Below, piece after piece: positions 1-9,430 of a stretch of DNA of 64,000 bases. Source of the stretch: Endomicrobiia bacterium (lineage in GTDB: Bacteria > Elusimicrobiota > Endomicrobiia > DTEH01); contig JBCNUU010000001.1 in the NCBI GenBank assembly GCA_039630545.1, positions 131,802-195,801 on the forward strand. Direction: 5' to 3'. The notes beneath the pieces are model-generated. The model saw only the letters and a list, made by a program, of their open reading frames with translations. It did not search any database and was not told where the DNA came from. The position numbers and the translations under genes are program-made. Numbering within the stretch: the stretch's first letter is position 1; each line of letters begins with the position of its first letter.

Positions 1-750
1 GCAGAAATTCTTGGAATAAAGAATTTTCTTACTCGTCTACCAAAGGCCTTATCAGGTGGACAAAGACAACGTGTTGCTGTAGGAAGAGCTATAGTAAGAA
101 AGCCAAAGGTATTTTTGTTCGACGAACCACTTTCAAACTTAGATGCAAAACTTAGAGTTGAGATGCGTGCAGAACTTAAGAAGCTTCATGAGCGACTTCA
201 GGCTACTATCATTTATGTGACTCACGATCAAGTTGAAGCAATGACATTAGGTGACAAAATTGTGGTCATGAAAGATGGAATTATTCAACAAATAGGTAGT
301 CCTCTTGAGATTTACAATAAACCTGCCAATAAGTTTGTAGCAGGTTTTATAGGTTCTCCTCCAATGAATTTTATAAGCGGCAAAATAATAAAAAAAGACA
401 ACAGTTTATATTTTGACGAAGGAAGTTTTAGTATAAAAATTCCAGAAGATATGGAGAATAGTTTATATAACTATATAGAAAAAGAAGTAATTTTAGGGAT
501 AAGACCTGAAGATATATATGATAGAATTTATTCACCAACAGGCGAAATAGAAAATGTGATAGTTGCTACAGTAAATATAGTTGAGTTGTTAGGAAATGTT
601 AAACATCTTCATCTTATTTCAGGAAACAGTAGTTTTGTGTGCATAGTTAAATCATCCAATCAAGCTGAAGAAGGACAGACAATAGAAGTAGTTTTTGATG
701 TATCTAAAATACACATTTTTGATAAAACTACAGAAGAAGCTATAGTATGA
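1..750 (+). CDS. Sugar-type ABC transporter ATP-binding protein (MalK/UgpC-like), C-terminal portion; the 5' end lies outside the window
   Basis: Frame 1 reads through from base 1. ABC signature LSGGQRQR, Walker [13 protein letters not shown]-loop VTHDQ, then a C-terminal regulatory (TOBE-like) domain typical of MalK-family ATPases. Confidence 0.85.
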   Translation, partial: AEILGIKNFLTRLPKALSGGQRQRVAVGRAIVRKPKVFLFDEPLSNLDAKLRVEMRAELKKLHERLQATIIYVTHDQVEAMTLGDKIVVMKDGIIQQIGSPLEIYNKPANKFVAGFIGSPPMNFISGKIIKKDNSLYFDEGSFSIKIPEDMENSLYNYIEKEVILGIRPEDIYDRIYSPTGEIENVIVATVNIVELLGNVKHLHLISGNSSFVCIVKSSNQAEEGQTIEVVFDVSKIHIFDKTTEEAIV

Positions 751-2351
751 CAAACATTCTAGAAAAATTTAAAAAATTAAAACTTTTAGCCATTTTTATA
801 TTCAATGTCTTAATTGCTGGTTATATTAAACTCAAAAGTTTATATTCTTTCCCTCAACCTGTATGGGCGACTAAATCGTTTATTTTATTTGTGGAGATTT
901 TTATTGTAGTGGTCTTTATAAGTGTGCTGCTTTTGATAATATTTCATTATTTAAGAAAGATTATTATATTTTTGCTTCATAAATATCAAGAAGGAGAAGA
1001 AAATGTTAATGAGATAAAGCACTTAATGGAAAAGATTTCAAAACAAACGAAATTTCTTAACGAAAAGCTTCAAGAAAATAATCTTCTTAATAAAGTAATA
1101 TTTGAAATGAATCAAACTATGGAATTAGATAAAGTTTTGAAGATAATTTTAGAAAGTATCTGCAGCTATCTTAATTTTGATAGAGCGGTAATACTTATTT
1201 TAAATGAAAAAAACATGTGCTTAGAACCAGCATATGGAGAAAATATAGATAAAGAAAAACTACAGGAACTCTTTATATCTCTTAGAGATGATGATTTCTT
1301 TTTGGTAAAAATTTTATATAAAAACACTCCTTTAATAATAAAAAAAGTTCCAACAACTCAATACAGTTATTTTAAAGATATTACCAAGCAAAATACTTTG
1401 ATTTGTGTCCCTTTGCAAGCAAAAAAGAAAACCGTAGGAATGCTTTTAGCTGACACATCTAAATCTCAAAGGCAACTTACAGAGAAAGATCTTCGTCTCC
1501 TTATAAATTTTTCGAATCAAGCTTCATTGGCAATAGAGAATGCGAAATTATTTGAAACAGAAAAAAAATTTAAAGAGAAGCTTCAAGAAGAAGTTGAGAT
1601 TGCCTTAAAAAAACTTCAAGAAGCTCAGAAACAACTTATTCAATCAGAAAAACTTGCTGCTTTAGGTGAAATGGCGGCAGTTGTGAGTCATGAAGTAAGA
1701 AATCCGTTATCCACCATCCTTATGTCTGCGCAGGTATTAGATGAAGAAGTAAAAGATGAAAAATACAGAAAATATATAAATTATATTATCTCTGAAGTAA
1801 AACGCTTAAATAAAGTGGTTTCAGAAATTTTGACTTTTTCACGACTTCCAAAACTGGAACTTAAGCTTTCAGATATGCATAAATTAATAGATGAAGTGAT
1901 AAGTTTTCTTGAAATAAGTGATTTTATAAAATATGACATTAAATGTTATAAAGAATATAAAGCAGAAATTTCAGAGATCATGGTGGATGTAGATCAGATA
2001 AAACAGGTCCTGTTTAACATAATTCAAAATGCCTGCCATTTTATGTTAAACAAAAACATAAGAAATTTGCACATCACAACTGAAAATAAAAATGGATTAT
2101 TTGTTTTAAAAATAAAAGATACAGGTACAGGTATTCCACCTGAAAATTTAAACAAAATATTTGAACCATTTTTTACTACAAAAACAAAAGGAACAGGGTT
2201 AGGACTTACCATTTCTAAAAATATAATAGAGTCTCACAGAGGAAAAATAGAAGTGGAAAGTGTGCTTGGAGAAGGAACTACTTTTAATATTTTTTTACCT
2301 ATAAAACTATCAGAAATAAAAAATGAAAAAAATTTTAATAGTGGAAGATGA
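747..2351 (+). CDS. Membrane sensor histidine kinase (TM helices, GAF-like domain, HisKA, HATPase_c)
   Basis: Hydrophobic N-terminus. H-box [20 protein letters not shown] and G boxes (NIIQNACHF; [22 protein letters not shown]; [10 protein letters not shown]). ATGA overlap with the upstream ABC gene. Confidence 0.85.
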   Translation: MTNILEKFKKLKLLAIFIFNVLIAGYIKLKSLYSFPQPVWATKSFILFVEIFIVVVFISVLLLIIFHYLRKIIIFLLHKYQEGEENVNEIKHLMEKISKQTKFLNEKLQENNLLNKVIFEMNQTMELDKVLKIILESICSYLNFDRAVILILNEKNMCLEPAYGENIDKEKLQELFISLRDDDFFLVKILYKNTPLIIKKVPTTQYSYFKDITKQNTLICVPLQAKKKTVGMLLADTSKSQRQLTEKDLRLLINFSNQASLAIENAKLFETEKKFKEKLQEEVEIALKKLQEAQKQLIQSEKLAALGEMAAVVSHEVRNPLSTILMSAQVLDEEVKDEKYRKYINYIISEVKRLNKVVSEILTFSRLPKLELKLSDMHKLIDEVISFLEISDFIKYDIKCYKEYKAEISEIMVDVDQIKQVLFNIIQNACHFMLNKNIRNLHITTENKNGLFVLKIKDTGTGIPPENLNKIFEPFFTTKTKGTGLGLTISKNIIESHRGKIEVESVLGEGTTFNIFLPIKLSEIKNEKNFNSGR

Positions 2352-2682
2352 AGAATTACTTTTGGATGCTTTCAGCAGTGCGTTAAAAAAAAGGAATTAC
2401 GATGTTGTTGGTATCTCTAATGGTAAAGACGCCATAGATTATGTTAAAGACAACAGTGTTGATCTTATAATTTTAGATATAAAACTTCCCGATATGAGTG
2501 GTTTAGAGGTGTTAGAAAACATAAGAAAACTACTGCCAAATGTGCCTATAATAATGTGTACAGCATATGATAGTTTTAAAACCGATTATCAGATATGGGC
2601 AAACAAGGTTTCTGACTATGTTGTAAAACCTATTGTTTTAGAAGATATAGAAGAAAAAATCAGAAAAATTTTTAGTAAGTAA
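2323..2682 (+). CDS. Stand-alone response-regulator receiver (CheY-like, 119 aa)
   Basis: [13 protein letters not shown], phospho-acceptor context LIILDIKLPDMSG, conserved K in YVVKP. Overlaps the 3' end of the kinase by 29 nt. No output domain. Confidence 0.85.
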   Translation: MKKILIVEDEELLLDAFSSALKKRNYDVVGISNGKDAIDYVKDNSVDLIILDIKLPDMSGLEVLENIRKLLPNVPIIMCTAYDSFKTDYQIWANKVSDYVVKPIVLEDIEEKIRKIFSK

Positions 2683-2692
2683 TCAATTATGT

Positions 2693-3781
2693 ATGTTGAA
2701 TTTGTTTTTATTTATTGTAATAATCATTCAGATCGTAATATTTGCGTATTTTCTCTATCTAAATAAAAAAAATAAACAAGAAATAATTTCTTCCTTTAAA
2801 GAAAGTCTGGAAAATATATTAAAAATAACCGAGACACTTCGTAGTTCTCTTGACTTAGAAAAAATCTTTATAGAGATACTTAATATTTTTTCAAAAAACT
2901 TTGGATATAAGAAGGTATTTATCTATTTGGTAGAAAAAACTCCAGATCATCTGGAATTCAAATGTATTGCGTGTCCTGGTCTTGTCTCAGTGGAAGGAAT
3001 TGGTATTTATAGTTTTATAATTGATGATGTAAAAAATCCGATTTTTCAGATAGTTGAGAATTATAATGAAATTGAGCTTACTTCTTACCTTTTGCCTCAA
3101 CTAAAAGAGAAACTTAAATTTACCGAAATGTTTTTGTTGCCTATAATATTAAAGGATACTTTAGAAGGTTTTATAATAACTGAAAAACCTATAAATTCTC
3201 AATTTATTTTTCCTTTAAGAATTTTTGCCAACGAATGTGGAGTAGCTTTAGAAAATGCAAGACTTTTTAAAAAAATTCAGGAGATGTCTATCACTGATGC
3301 CCTTACTGGAGTCTACAATAGAAGATATTTAGAAAAAAAACTTCCAGAAGAAATTGAGCTGGCAAAAAGATACAAAAGTTTTCTATCAATAGGTATTTTA
3401 GACATAGATGATTTTAAACATTACAATGATACCAATGGGCATCTTTTAGGGGATGAGTGTCTTAAAAAAGTTGCAGAGGTTGTTACTTCCACTTTAAGAA
3501 GTGGTGATATAGTGTTTAGATATGGGGGAGAAGAATTTATTGTAGTTTTACCTGCCACAGACAAATCTGGTGCTTTTATTGCCTGTGAGAAAATAAGAAA
3601 AAACATAGAAAGTTATCCATTTGAAAATAGAGATAAACAACCTTTAGGAAAAATTACAGTAAGTATTGGTATTTCTGTGTATCCTGTAGATGCTCAGGAG
3701 GAAACCTCACTTATAAAAATAGCAGACGAAAATCTTTATAGAGCAAAAAAATCGGGTAAAAACAGAGTTTGTTGTTTATAA
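2693..3781 (+). CDS. Diguanylate cyclase (TM segment, GAF-like sensor, GGDEF domain)
   Basis: GGDEF-domain motifs DALTGVYNRRY, RYGGEEF (intact GG[DE]EF active site) and NLYRAKKSGKNR. Hydrophobic N-terminal segment. Confidence 0.85.
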   Translation: MLNLFLFIVIIIQIVIFAYFLYLNKKNKQEIISSFKESLENILKITETLRSSLDLEKIFIEILNIFSKNFGYKKVFIYLVEKTPDHLEFKCIACPGLVSVEGIGIYSFIIDDVKNPIFQIVENYNEIELTSYLLPQLKEKLKFTEMFLLPIILKDTLEGFIITEKPINSQFIFPLRIFANECGVALENARLFKKIQEMSITDALTGVYNRRYLEKKLPEEIELAKRYKSFLSIGILDIDDFKHYNDTNGHLLGDECLKKVAEVVTSTLRSGDIVFRYGGEEFIVVLPATDKSGAFIACEKIRKNIESYPFENRDKQPLGKITVSIGISVYPVDAQEETSLIKIADENLYRAKKSGKNRVCCL

Positions 3782-3784
3782 TTT

Positions 3785-4858
3785 ATGAAAAAAGAAATAA
3801 AATTAAACATTAACCAGCAATTAAAGCCTTCAGTTTTGCCTTTTCTCAAAATTAAACTTACCGGTAAACTTTCTTTAAAAGAAGAAGAAGTTGTGTCTTT
3901 AATTAAACAAATAGAAGAAACAGATGATTTTCAGAAATTGTTAGAATTAAAGATAATAAAGCGCACTCCATTTCCATCATTTCATGTCTCTATAAAACCT
4001 TTATATGAATATAAAGAAGATTTGTTTGAGATATTATCTTTTTCACTGCCAGATATTAATAGTATTATTCAGCAAAATCCTGATGTTGTGGAAACTATAA
4101 GAAAAATTGGTGAGGAAAATTATAAAAAATTTTTTTTAGGTTACGAAAGTTACTCCTTTGAAGAGATTTCAAAATTTTTAGGAATTTCTTGTTTAGAGGT
4201 AAAAAAAATTTTTGAATTTACAAACAATATATTTATTCATACTGAAATAAAATTACCAGATGGTAGTTTAAAAAAAGAATTAGTCGCAAAAAAATATACT
4301 AGAATAGCGAAGGTAGAACTTTCAGGAAATAATATTTTAATAACATATTTTAGCCCATTTATGTTTCGGGGTGTTTATGTTGTAGATTATGAGAAATTTA
4401 ACAATTTTATAAAAGATCTTCCATCCTCAAAGAAAAAATACCTAAAACAGATAGTAAAAGAAATAGAGCTATTAGAGATAAAAAAAAGAACTTTTCACAG
4501 ATTATTGGAAGAAATTCTTTTTATCCAGAAAGAATTTATTAAAACAGAAAAAGAAAACGACCTTAAAATCTGTACTCAAAAGGATTTAGCAACAAAAATT
4601 GGTGTTTCTCCTTCTACAATTTGCAGGTTAATAAAAGAACGATCTATAATTTTGCCTTCAGATAGAGAATATCCTCTGAATTATTTTTTTGTTAACAAAA
4701 AAAGAATAGCCCTTATTTATATTTCTGAAATTTTAAAAAATAATAAGAATATAAAAGATAAAAAAATCAAAGAAATTCTTTTTGAAAAATTGAAAATTAA
4801 GTATTCTATTAGAAGCATAAATTATTATAGAAATCTTTTAAAAAATAGAAATGTATAA
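3785..4858 (+). CDS. rpoN: RNA polymerase sigma-54 factor, unusually compact (357 aa)
   Basis: Region-I-like N-terminus (LNINQQLKPSVLPFLKIKL...). Near C-terminus, HTH plus RpoN box: DLATKIGVSPSTICRLIKERSIILPSDREYPLNYFF matches the sigma-54 pattern (HESTVSRA...ELKYFF). The core-binding middle region is short and divergent. Confidence 0.6.
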   Translation: MKKEIKLNINQQLKPSVLPFLKIKLTGKLSLKEEEVVSLIKQIEETDDFQKLLELKIIKRTPFPSFHVSIKPLYEYKEDLFEILSFSLPDINSIIQQNPDVVETIRKIGEENYKKFFLGYESYSFEEISKFLGISCLEVKKIFEFTNNIFIHTEIKLPDGSLKKELVAKKYTRIAKVELSGNNILITYFSPFMFRGVYVVDYEKFNNFIKDLPSSKKKYLKQIVKEIELLEIKKRTFHRLLEEILFIQKEFIKTEKENDLKICTQKDLATKIGVSPSTICRLIKERSIILPSDREYPLNYFFVNKKRIALIYISEILKNNKNIKDKKIKEILFEKLKIKYSIRSINYYRNLLKNRNV

Positions 4859-4929
4859 ATATCTGAATTTGAAAGAGTTGTTGAAATGTGGTTGAATTTA
4901 TTATTTTTATTTTATAATTATGTTTTTGT

Positions 4930-5493
4930 ATGGATATAAGCGATGAAAAATTATTGGTGGCGTTAGCACAAAAAGGTGACATAAAAGCTTTTGAAAAACT
5001 TATAGAAAAATATCAAAAAGAAATTTATAATCTCGCCCTGTTTAAAACTCAAAATCCAACATTAGCAGAAGAAATAACTCAAGAGACAATTATCAGGATA
5101 TATAGAAACATTCATAAATTTAAATTCAAAAGTTCTTTTTCCACCTGGATGTATAGAATTACTTATAATATTTTAAAAGACATCGTTAAAAAATTTAAAC
5201 CTCTTGCAGAAATATCAATAGAAGATGAAACTTCAGGATGTTTCTTTAAAGCAGATGATGAAGATGTTGAAGAAAAAATTAACAAGTTAGAAAAATCAAA
5301 AAAAATAAGACAGCTTATTTCAAAAATACCACATAAATTTCAGTTTGTTCTTATTCTTTATGATATAGAAGGAAAAACATATCAAGAAATAGCTGAGATT
5401 CTTAAAATAAGAATTGGGACAGTAAAATCAAGACTTTTTAGAGCAAGAAAAATTTTAAAGGATCTAATAATAAAAGAAAAATTGGAACTATGA
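4930..5493 (+). CDS. ECF (sigma-70 family group 4) RNA polymerase sigma factor
   Basis: Region 2 (ETIIRIYRNIHKFKFKSSFSTWMYRITYN) and region 4 HTH (KTYQEIAEILKIRIGTVKSRLFRARKIL). Confidence 0.85.
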   Translation: MDISDEKLLVALAQKGDIKAFEKLIEKYQKEIYNLALFKTQNPTLAEEITQETIIRIYRNIHKFKFKSSFSTWMYRITYNILKDIVKKFKPLAEISIEDETSGCFFKADDEDVEEKINKLEKSKKIRQLISKIPHKFQFVLILYDIEGKTYQEIAEILKIRIGTVKSRLFRARKILKDLIIKEKLEL

Positions 5494-7061
5494 GGTTTTT
5501 AATTTTAATTTTTTTATTAGTTGACTTAGTTTTTTGTCAAGAAGAATTTAACCAACAAAATATCGAAGAAATAAAAAAACTTATAAAAACTGGCAACTAT
5601 CAAGAAAGTTTGCAGAAACTTTTAGAATATGAAGTATTCATTTCAAGTTTTCCAGAGATTGGATATTATTTGGGGATATGTTATTTCCGATTAAAAGATT
5701 ATTTAAACGCTGAGAAGTTTTTTGAATTAAGTTTTAATTTTAACTACAATACACACCAGCTTTACTATAATCTTGGGATGACAAAATATAAACTTAAAAA
5801 ATATAAAGAAACTATTGAATGGTTAAAAAAAATAGAAAATGTTATAGAGTTTGAACCCAAAAGTTTATATGTGATTTTAGCCTGTTTTTTAAAATTAAAT
5901 GATAAAGAAAAGGCTTTAGAAACCTTCAAAAAATTATTCTCTAAATATCCATATTCTGTTTATGTATTAAAATCTCAAACTTTGTTAGATAAATTAAATA
6001 TTGACTATTCCAAAGTTTTAACGGATTCTGATTCTAAAAGAGTGTTTCATAGATTTTCAATAAATTTTAACTATGGTCAAGATAATAATATTTCATATGT
6101 GTCATCACAGGACTACTCTAGTATTAGTAGTTCTCATGTTGCTGATAATTTTTTTTCATATTATCTTTATGGTTCATTAGCTTTTAAAAAATTTTTTGGT
6201 TATTACAAATATTATAAAAAATCTCATTCAAATTATGTTAACTCTGATTATAATTTTTCCTTGCATTCTCTTTTCGGTAATATTAGAGTATATAGAAGTA
6301 AAAATTTTATTTTATCTTTAGGATGTAACGGCAACTACTATGAATATGAAAAACCCTATAGTTATTTTCTATCAGGAGATGTTAATTTGGAAATTTTAGA
6401 TGATAAGGATACATCATTGGAGATAGGTTATTCATATACATCTAATAACTACTTTGAAGGGAAAGAATATCTTGAGGGTGGCACTCATTTAATAGAAGTT
6501 GCTCTTAAAAATTTAGCTAAAACTAAATTTATTTTTACAAGCTCCTTTAAAAGAAAAGACACACTTTCAGAATATGTGGCTTCAGAATATAACTATTCTT
6601 ATTACATAGTTGATGGAACATCAGTTTATATTAATCATGTATATACTCCGCTGCTAAGAAGTTATGCATATAACTCTTTTGATTTTGAAATTTTAATAAG
6701 TCGCTTTATTTCAGAGAATTTAAATCTGAATTTAAATCTCAGTTATGAGATTTTCGAATACTTCCCTTTATATGAACATTATGGAAAAATTAAAGATATA
6801 TACGCCTACGATGTAGAAGATAATTTATGGTTTGTTTATACGGCTACTGGTTGGGAAGAAACCACTCAACCACCTCAGCTCGAAAAAATATATACTAAAA
6901 GAAAAGATAATTTATTTTCTTTATCTGCAGTTTTAAGTTTAGAGTTATTTGATAATGTAGAGCTAATTTTTACATATAATTATCTTCTTAATGAATCCTC
7001 TTTAGATGCTTATCAATGGACAAAGCAAATATATCAAGCCTCTTTAAAGATATCTTTTTAA
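5490..7061 (+). CDS. Outer-membrane protein: signal peptide, N-terminal TPR-like repeats, Tyr/Ser/Asn-rich beta-barrel-like C-terminal half ending in Phe
   Basis: Signal peptide MRFLILIFLLVDLVFCQ. TPR-like helical repeats. The C-terminal half has alternating-hydrophobic Y/N/S-rich strands and ends SLKISF (OMP-like C-terminal Phe). Translationally coupled (ATGA) to the ECF sigma gene. Confidence 0.6.
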   Translation: MRFLILIFLLVDLVFCQEEFNQQNIEEIKKLIKTGNYQESLQKLLEYEVFISSFPEIGYYLGICYFRLKDYLNAEKFFELSFNFNYNTHQLYYNLGMTKYKLKKYKETIEWLKKIENVIEFEPKSLYVILACFLKLNDKEKALETFKKLFSKYPYSVYVLKSQTLLDKLNIDYSKVLTDSDSKRVFHRFSINFNYGQDNNISYVSSQDYSSISSSHVADNFFSYYLYGSLAFKKFFGYYKYYKKSHSNYVNSDYNFSLHSLFGNIRVYRSKNFILSLGCNGNYYEYEKPYSYFLSGDVNLEILDDKDTSLEIGYSYTSNNYFEGKEYLEGGTHLIEVALKNLAKTKFIFTSSFKRKDTLSEYVASEYNYSYYIVDGTSVYINHVYTPLLRSYAYNSFDFEILISRFISENLNLNLNLSYEIFEYFPLYEHYGKIKDIYAYDVEDNLWFVYTATGWEETTQPPQLEKIYTKRKDNLFSLSAVLSLELFDNVELIFTYNYLLNESSLDAYQWTKQIYQASLKISF

Positions 7062-7124
7062 AAAATTCTCTGGGAACATTTTTAGTTATTTTTATGTCTA
7101 ATAAAGTGAAAAAAGGAGAAAAAA

Positions 7125-7811
7125 ATGAAAAACTGTAAAAAAACAGAATATCTTATATGGAAAAAATTAGATGGAAGTATTCTAACCAATGAAGAAGCAC
7201 TTTTAGATAAACATCTTGAAATATGTGATAAATGTAGAAGTGAATATATTTTAAATTCAAAAATTAAGGAAAATTTAAAAGAAATAAAATATCAGGAAAT
7301 TCCTCCCTGGTTTAAAGATAAGCTTCATCAAAAATTAGTTGAAGTTTCAAATGTTTTAAATCATCAAGAGTTTATTAGAAAAGTGATTTATGAGAGTTTC
7401 TATAGATATGCGGTAGCATTAGGTTTAGTTTTAGTTGCAGTGGTTGGATTATTTTTTTATGTTTTTAAAAAACCATCTAATGTGATAATTTATTCTTCTT
7501 TACCTCAGTTAACTTCCAATTATGAAATAAGAAAGGAAATTCCTGTTGGAAAAGAGAGTTACTTGCGACTTAAAGTAACAAGTAAAAGGAACTTAAAAAA
7601 TGTAAAAATTCAAATATTGCTTCCTCCGGAAATTTCAGGAGAAAAAAAACCTAAAGTAGTAAACTGGGAAGGAGACTTAAATACTGGCGACAACTATATT
7701 ATTTTAAAAGTAAAAAGTATAAAAGAAGGACAATATCCCTTGGAGATCAAACTAAGAAAAAACTCTAGAGAAAAAAAGTTTATAAGAAATGTTAAAATTT
7801 CTCATATATAA
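7125..7811 (+). CDS. Membrane-anchored anti-sigma factor candidate with a ZAS-type zinc motif
   Basis: N-terminal H-x3-C-x2-C (HLEICDKCRSE) as in zinc-binding anti-sigma factors. Single TM helix (AVALGLVLVAVVGLFFYVF) and an extracytoplasmic C-terminal domain. Position is downstream of the ECF sigma. Confidence 0.55.
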   Translation: MKNCKKTEYLIWKKLDGSILTNEEALLDKHLEICDKCRSEYILNSKIKENLKEIKYQEIPPWFKDKLHQKLVEVSNVLNHQEFIRKVIYESFYRYAVALGLVLVAVVGLFFYVFKKPSNVIIYSSLPQLTSNYEIRKEIPVGKESYLRLKVTSKRNLKNVKIQILLPPEISGEKKPKVVNWEGDLNTGDNYIILKVKSIKEGQYPLEIKLRKNSREKKFIRNVKISHI

Positions 7812-7814
7812 CAC

Positions 7815-7887
7815 TTATCTTCTGCTTAAATCTAAATGGAGGAAAGGAGGTGGTTTGAAAGTTTACTCCATTTTAAGCAGAAGATAA
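7815..7887 (+). promoter_or_regulatory. Long stem-loop directly after the anti-sigma stop codon and upstream of the repeat-protein RBS. Perfect 16-bp stem TTATCTTCTGCTTAAA / TTTAAGCAGAAGATAA extended by TGGAG/CTCCA; loop contains GGAGGAAAGGAGGTGG
   Basis: Read directly: arms at 7815-7830 and 7872-7887. Not followed by a U-run (next bases ACAAAAAGGAGG, then ATG at 7910). Confidence 0.5.
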
Positions 7888-7909
7888 ACAAAAAGGAGGT
7901 AGTAAATAA

Positions 7910-9031
7910 ATGAAAAAACTGCTTATATTTTTAATCTTGTTGTCATTTCTGTTTAGCTTTATAACTGCTCAGGAGGAAGCAAATGTTGAAAACGATTGGG
8001 ATGTAGATGTGGAGATAGATGTTATAGTAGAAAAAGAGGATGTTCCTTTTGAACCGTTGACTTCTGAAGAGATTGTGGAAGTTATCTCTGAGAAATTAGA
8101 GGATAACAAAAAAATTTCTGAAGAAACAAAACAAAAAATAATAGAAATAATAAGACAGAAAATAGAAGAAAAAGAAGTGCCTCCTGTTCAGCTTTGTATA
8201 GAAGTGTGTAAAGAAATAGAAACCAGCTGGAAGAAAGGTTGTGATGTTGAAAGATGCAGAAAGGATATCGAAAAAATTGAGAAGAATATAGAGCAACAAA
8301 TCAAAGAAGTAGAAAAAAAATTAGAAAAAAAATATGAGAAAATATCAAGAAGAAAAGGAAGAAAACCTGAAGAGCCACCAGTTGTGCCAAAAGATCCTGA
8401 AAAGAAAGAATCTCCTGTAGAAGAACCGCCTCTGAGAACTCTTCCATATCCTCCTGTAGAAGAACCGCCTCTGAGAACTCTTCCATATCCTCCTGTAGAA
8501 GAACCGCCTCATCCTCCTGTAGAAGAACCGCCTCTGAGAATTCTTCCATATCCTCCTGTAGAAGAAGATTTCTCTAAAGTAAAAGAAGTTATGAAGGCAT
8601 TGATTGAGGTTGGAATTCCCCCAGATAAAAGTTTAGATATTGTAATCTCTGCAGAGTTATATGGTATTAAGAGAGGAGAGATAAATATGTATAACAGGGC
8701 TCTTTTGGAAGAAAATGTAAAAGAAATCATTGAAAAAAGAATTCAAAATGGAGAAGAGATAATTCCTGAAATTCTTCCTGAAGAAATACAGAACAAACTA
8801 CAACTAAAAATAAAAGAACATTTAGAAACAAATCTTTCTACACAACTACATTTAAATGCTAGTAGTGGCACTTCAGATTCTACTATTTCTCCAATGGCTT
8901 CTAATGTGTCAAATTCTGTTATTTCAATACTTACTAATAAACCAGATGATCTATCCTCTATTACACCACTTTTGGAGAAATCCAATAATGAAAATTTAAC
9001 ATCTCATCAATGTAGTGGATGTGACAAATAA
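7910..9031 (+). CDS. Secreted acidic / proline-rich tandem-repeat protein, function unknown
   Basis: Signal peptide MKKLLIFLILLSFLFSFITAQEE. E/K-rich coiled-coil-like region. Central VEEPPLRTLPYPP repeats. Strong RBS AAAGGAGGT upstream and an intrinsic terminator downstream. Confidence 0.7.
   Translation: MKKLLIFLILLSFLFSFITAQEEANVENDWDVDVEIDVIVEKEDVPFEPLTSEEIVEVISEKLEDNKKISEETKQKIIEIIRQKIEEKEVPPVQLCIEVCKEIETSWKKGCDVERCRKDIEKIEKNIEQQIKEVEKKLEKKYEKISRRKGRKPEEPPVVPKDPEKKESPVEEPPLRTLPYPPVEEPPLRTLPYPPVEEPPHPPVEEPPLRILPYPPVEEDFSKVKEVMKALIEVGIPPDKSLDIVISAELYGIKRGEINMYNRALLEENVKEIIEKRIQNGEEIIPEILPEEIQNKLQLKIKEHLETNLSTQLHLNASSGTSDSTISPMASNVSNSVISILTNKPDDLSSITPLLEKSNNENLTSHQCSGCDK
8412..8569 (+). repeat. 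In-frame tandem array of a 39-nt unit GTAGAAGAACCGCCTCTGAGAACTCTTCCATATCCTCCT
   Basis: Units at 8417-8455 and 8456-8494 are identical. 8495-8518 is a 24-nt deleted variant (VEEPPHPP). 8519-8557 has one mismatch (C to T). A partial fifth copy follows. Confidence 0.9.
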
Positions 9032-9054
9032 TTTTTAACCAATACTTGACTTTA

Positions 9055-9102
9055 GGGAGCGAATTTATATAAATTAACAAAAAATTCGCTCCCTATTTTT
9101 TT
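9055..9102 (+). terminator. Rho-independent terminator after the repeat-protein gene
   Basis: 12-bp stem GGGAGCGAATTT / AAATTCGCTCCC (9055-9066, 9082-9093) followed by TATTTTTTT. Confidence 0.85.
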
Positions 9103-9118
9103 ATATTTGGTTCTTTAA

Positions 9119-9403
9119 ATGAAATTAGAAGAAAGAATAGCAAAAGATCTTTCTTATGTTCTTTTTAAAAATTTAAAAGACAAAAAGAAAAAAGTTAAAA
9201 AGATAATTTTTCATATAGAAGGCTCTCCGCAATTAAATATCTCACTTGTTAAAAATGCTCTTAAAAAATGTGTCTCTTATACTTCATGTGAATCAGCAGA
9301 AATAGTGTTTATGTATAAATATGATGTTGATTTAAAAAGTTTAAGTACTAATGATCCAGGTGCGAATAATATCTATCTACATGAGGTAGAGTATGAGGAC
9401 TAG
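9119..9403 (+). CDS. Hypothetical small protein (94 aa)
   Basis: ORF only. No recognisable motif and no convincing RBS. Lies between a terminator and a convergent tRNA. Confidence 0.3.
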   Translation: MKLEERIAKDLSYVLFKNLKDKKKKVKKIIFHIEGSPQLNISLVKNALKKCVSYTSCESAEIVFMYKYDVDLKSLSTNDPGANNIYLHEVEYED

Positions 9404-9430
9404 ATTGAGTTTGGTTTTATATGGAAATTT

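Noticed and set aside
8096-8985. Four reverse-strand ORFs (67-82 aa) listed in the track inside the repeat-protein gene
   Set aside because: They lie wholly inside a strongly supported + strand gene, translate to low-complexity Phe/Leu-rich sequence, and are produced by the reverse complement of GAA/AAA-rich codons and the tandem repeat. They are artefacts.
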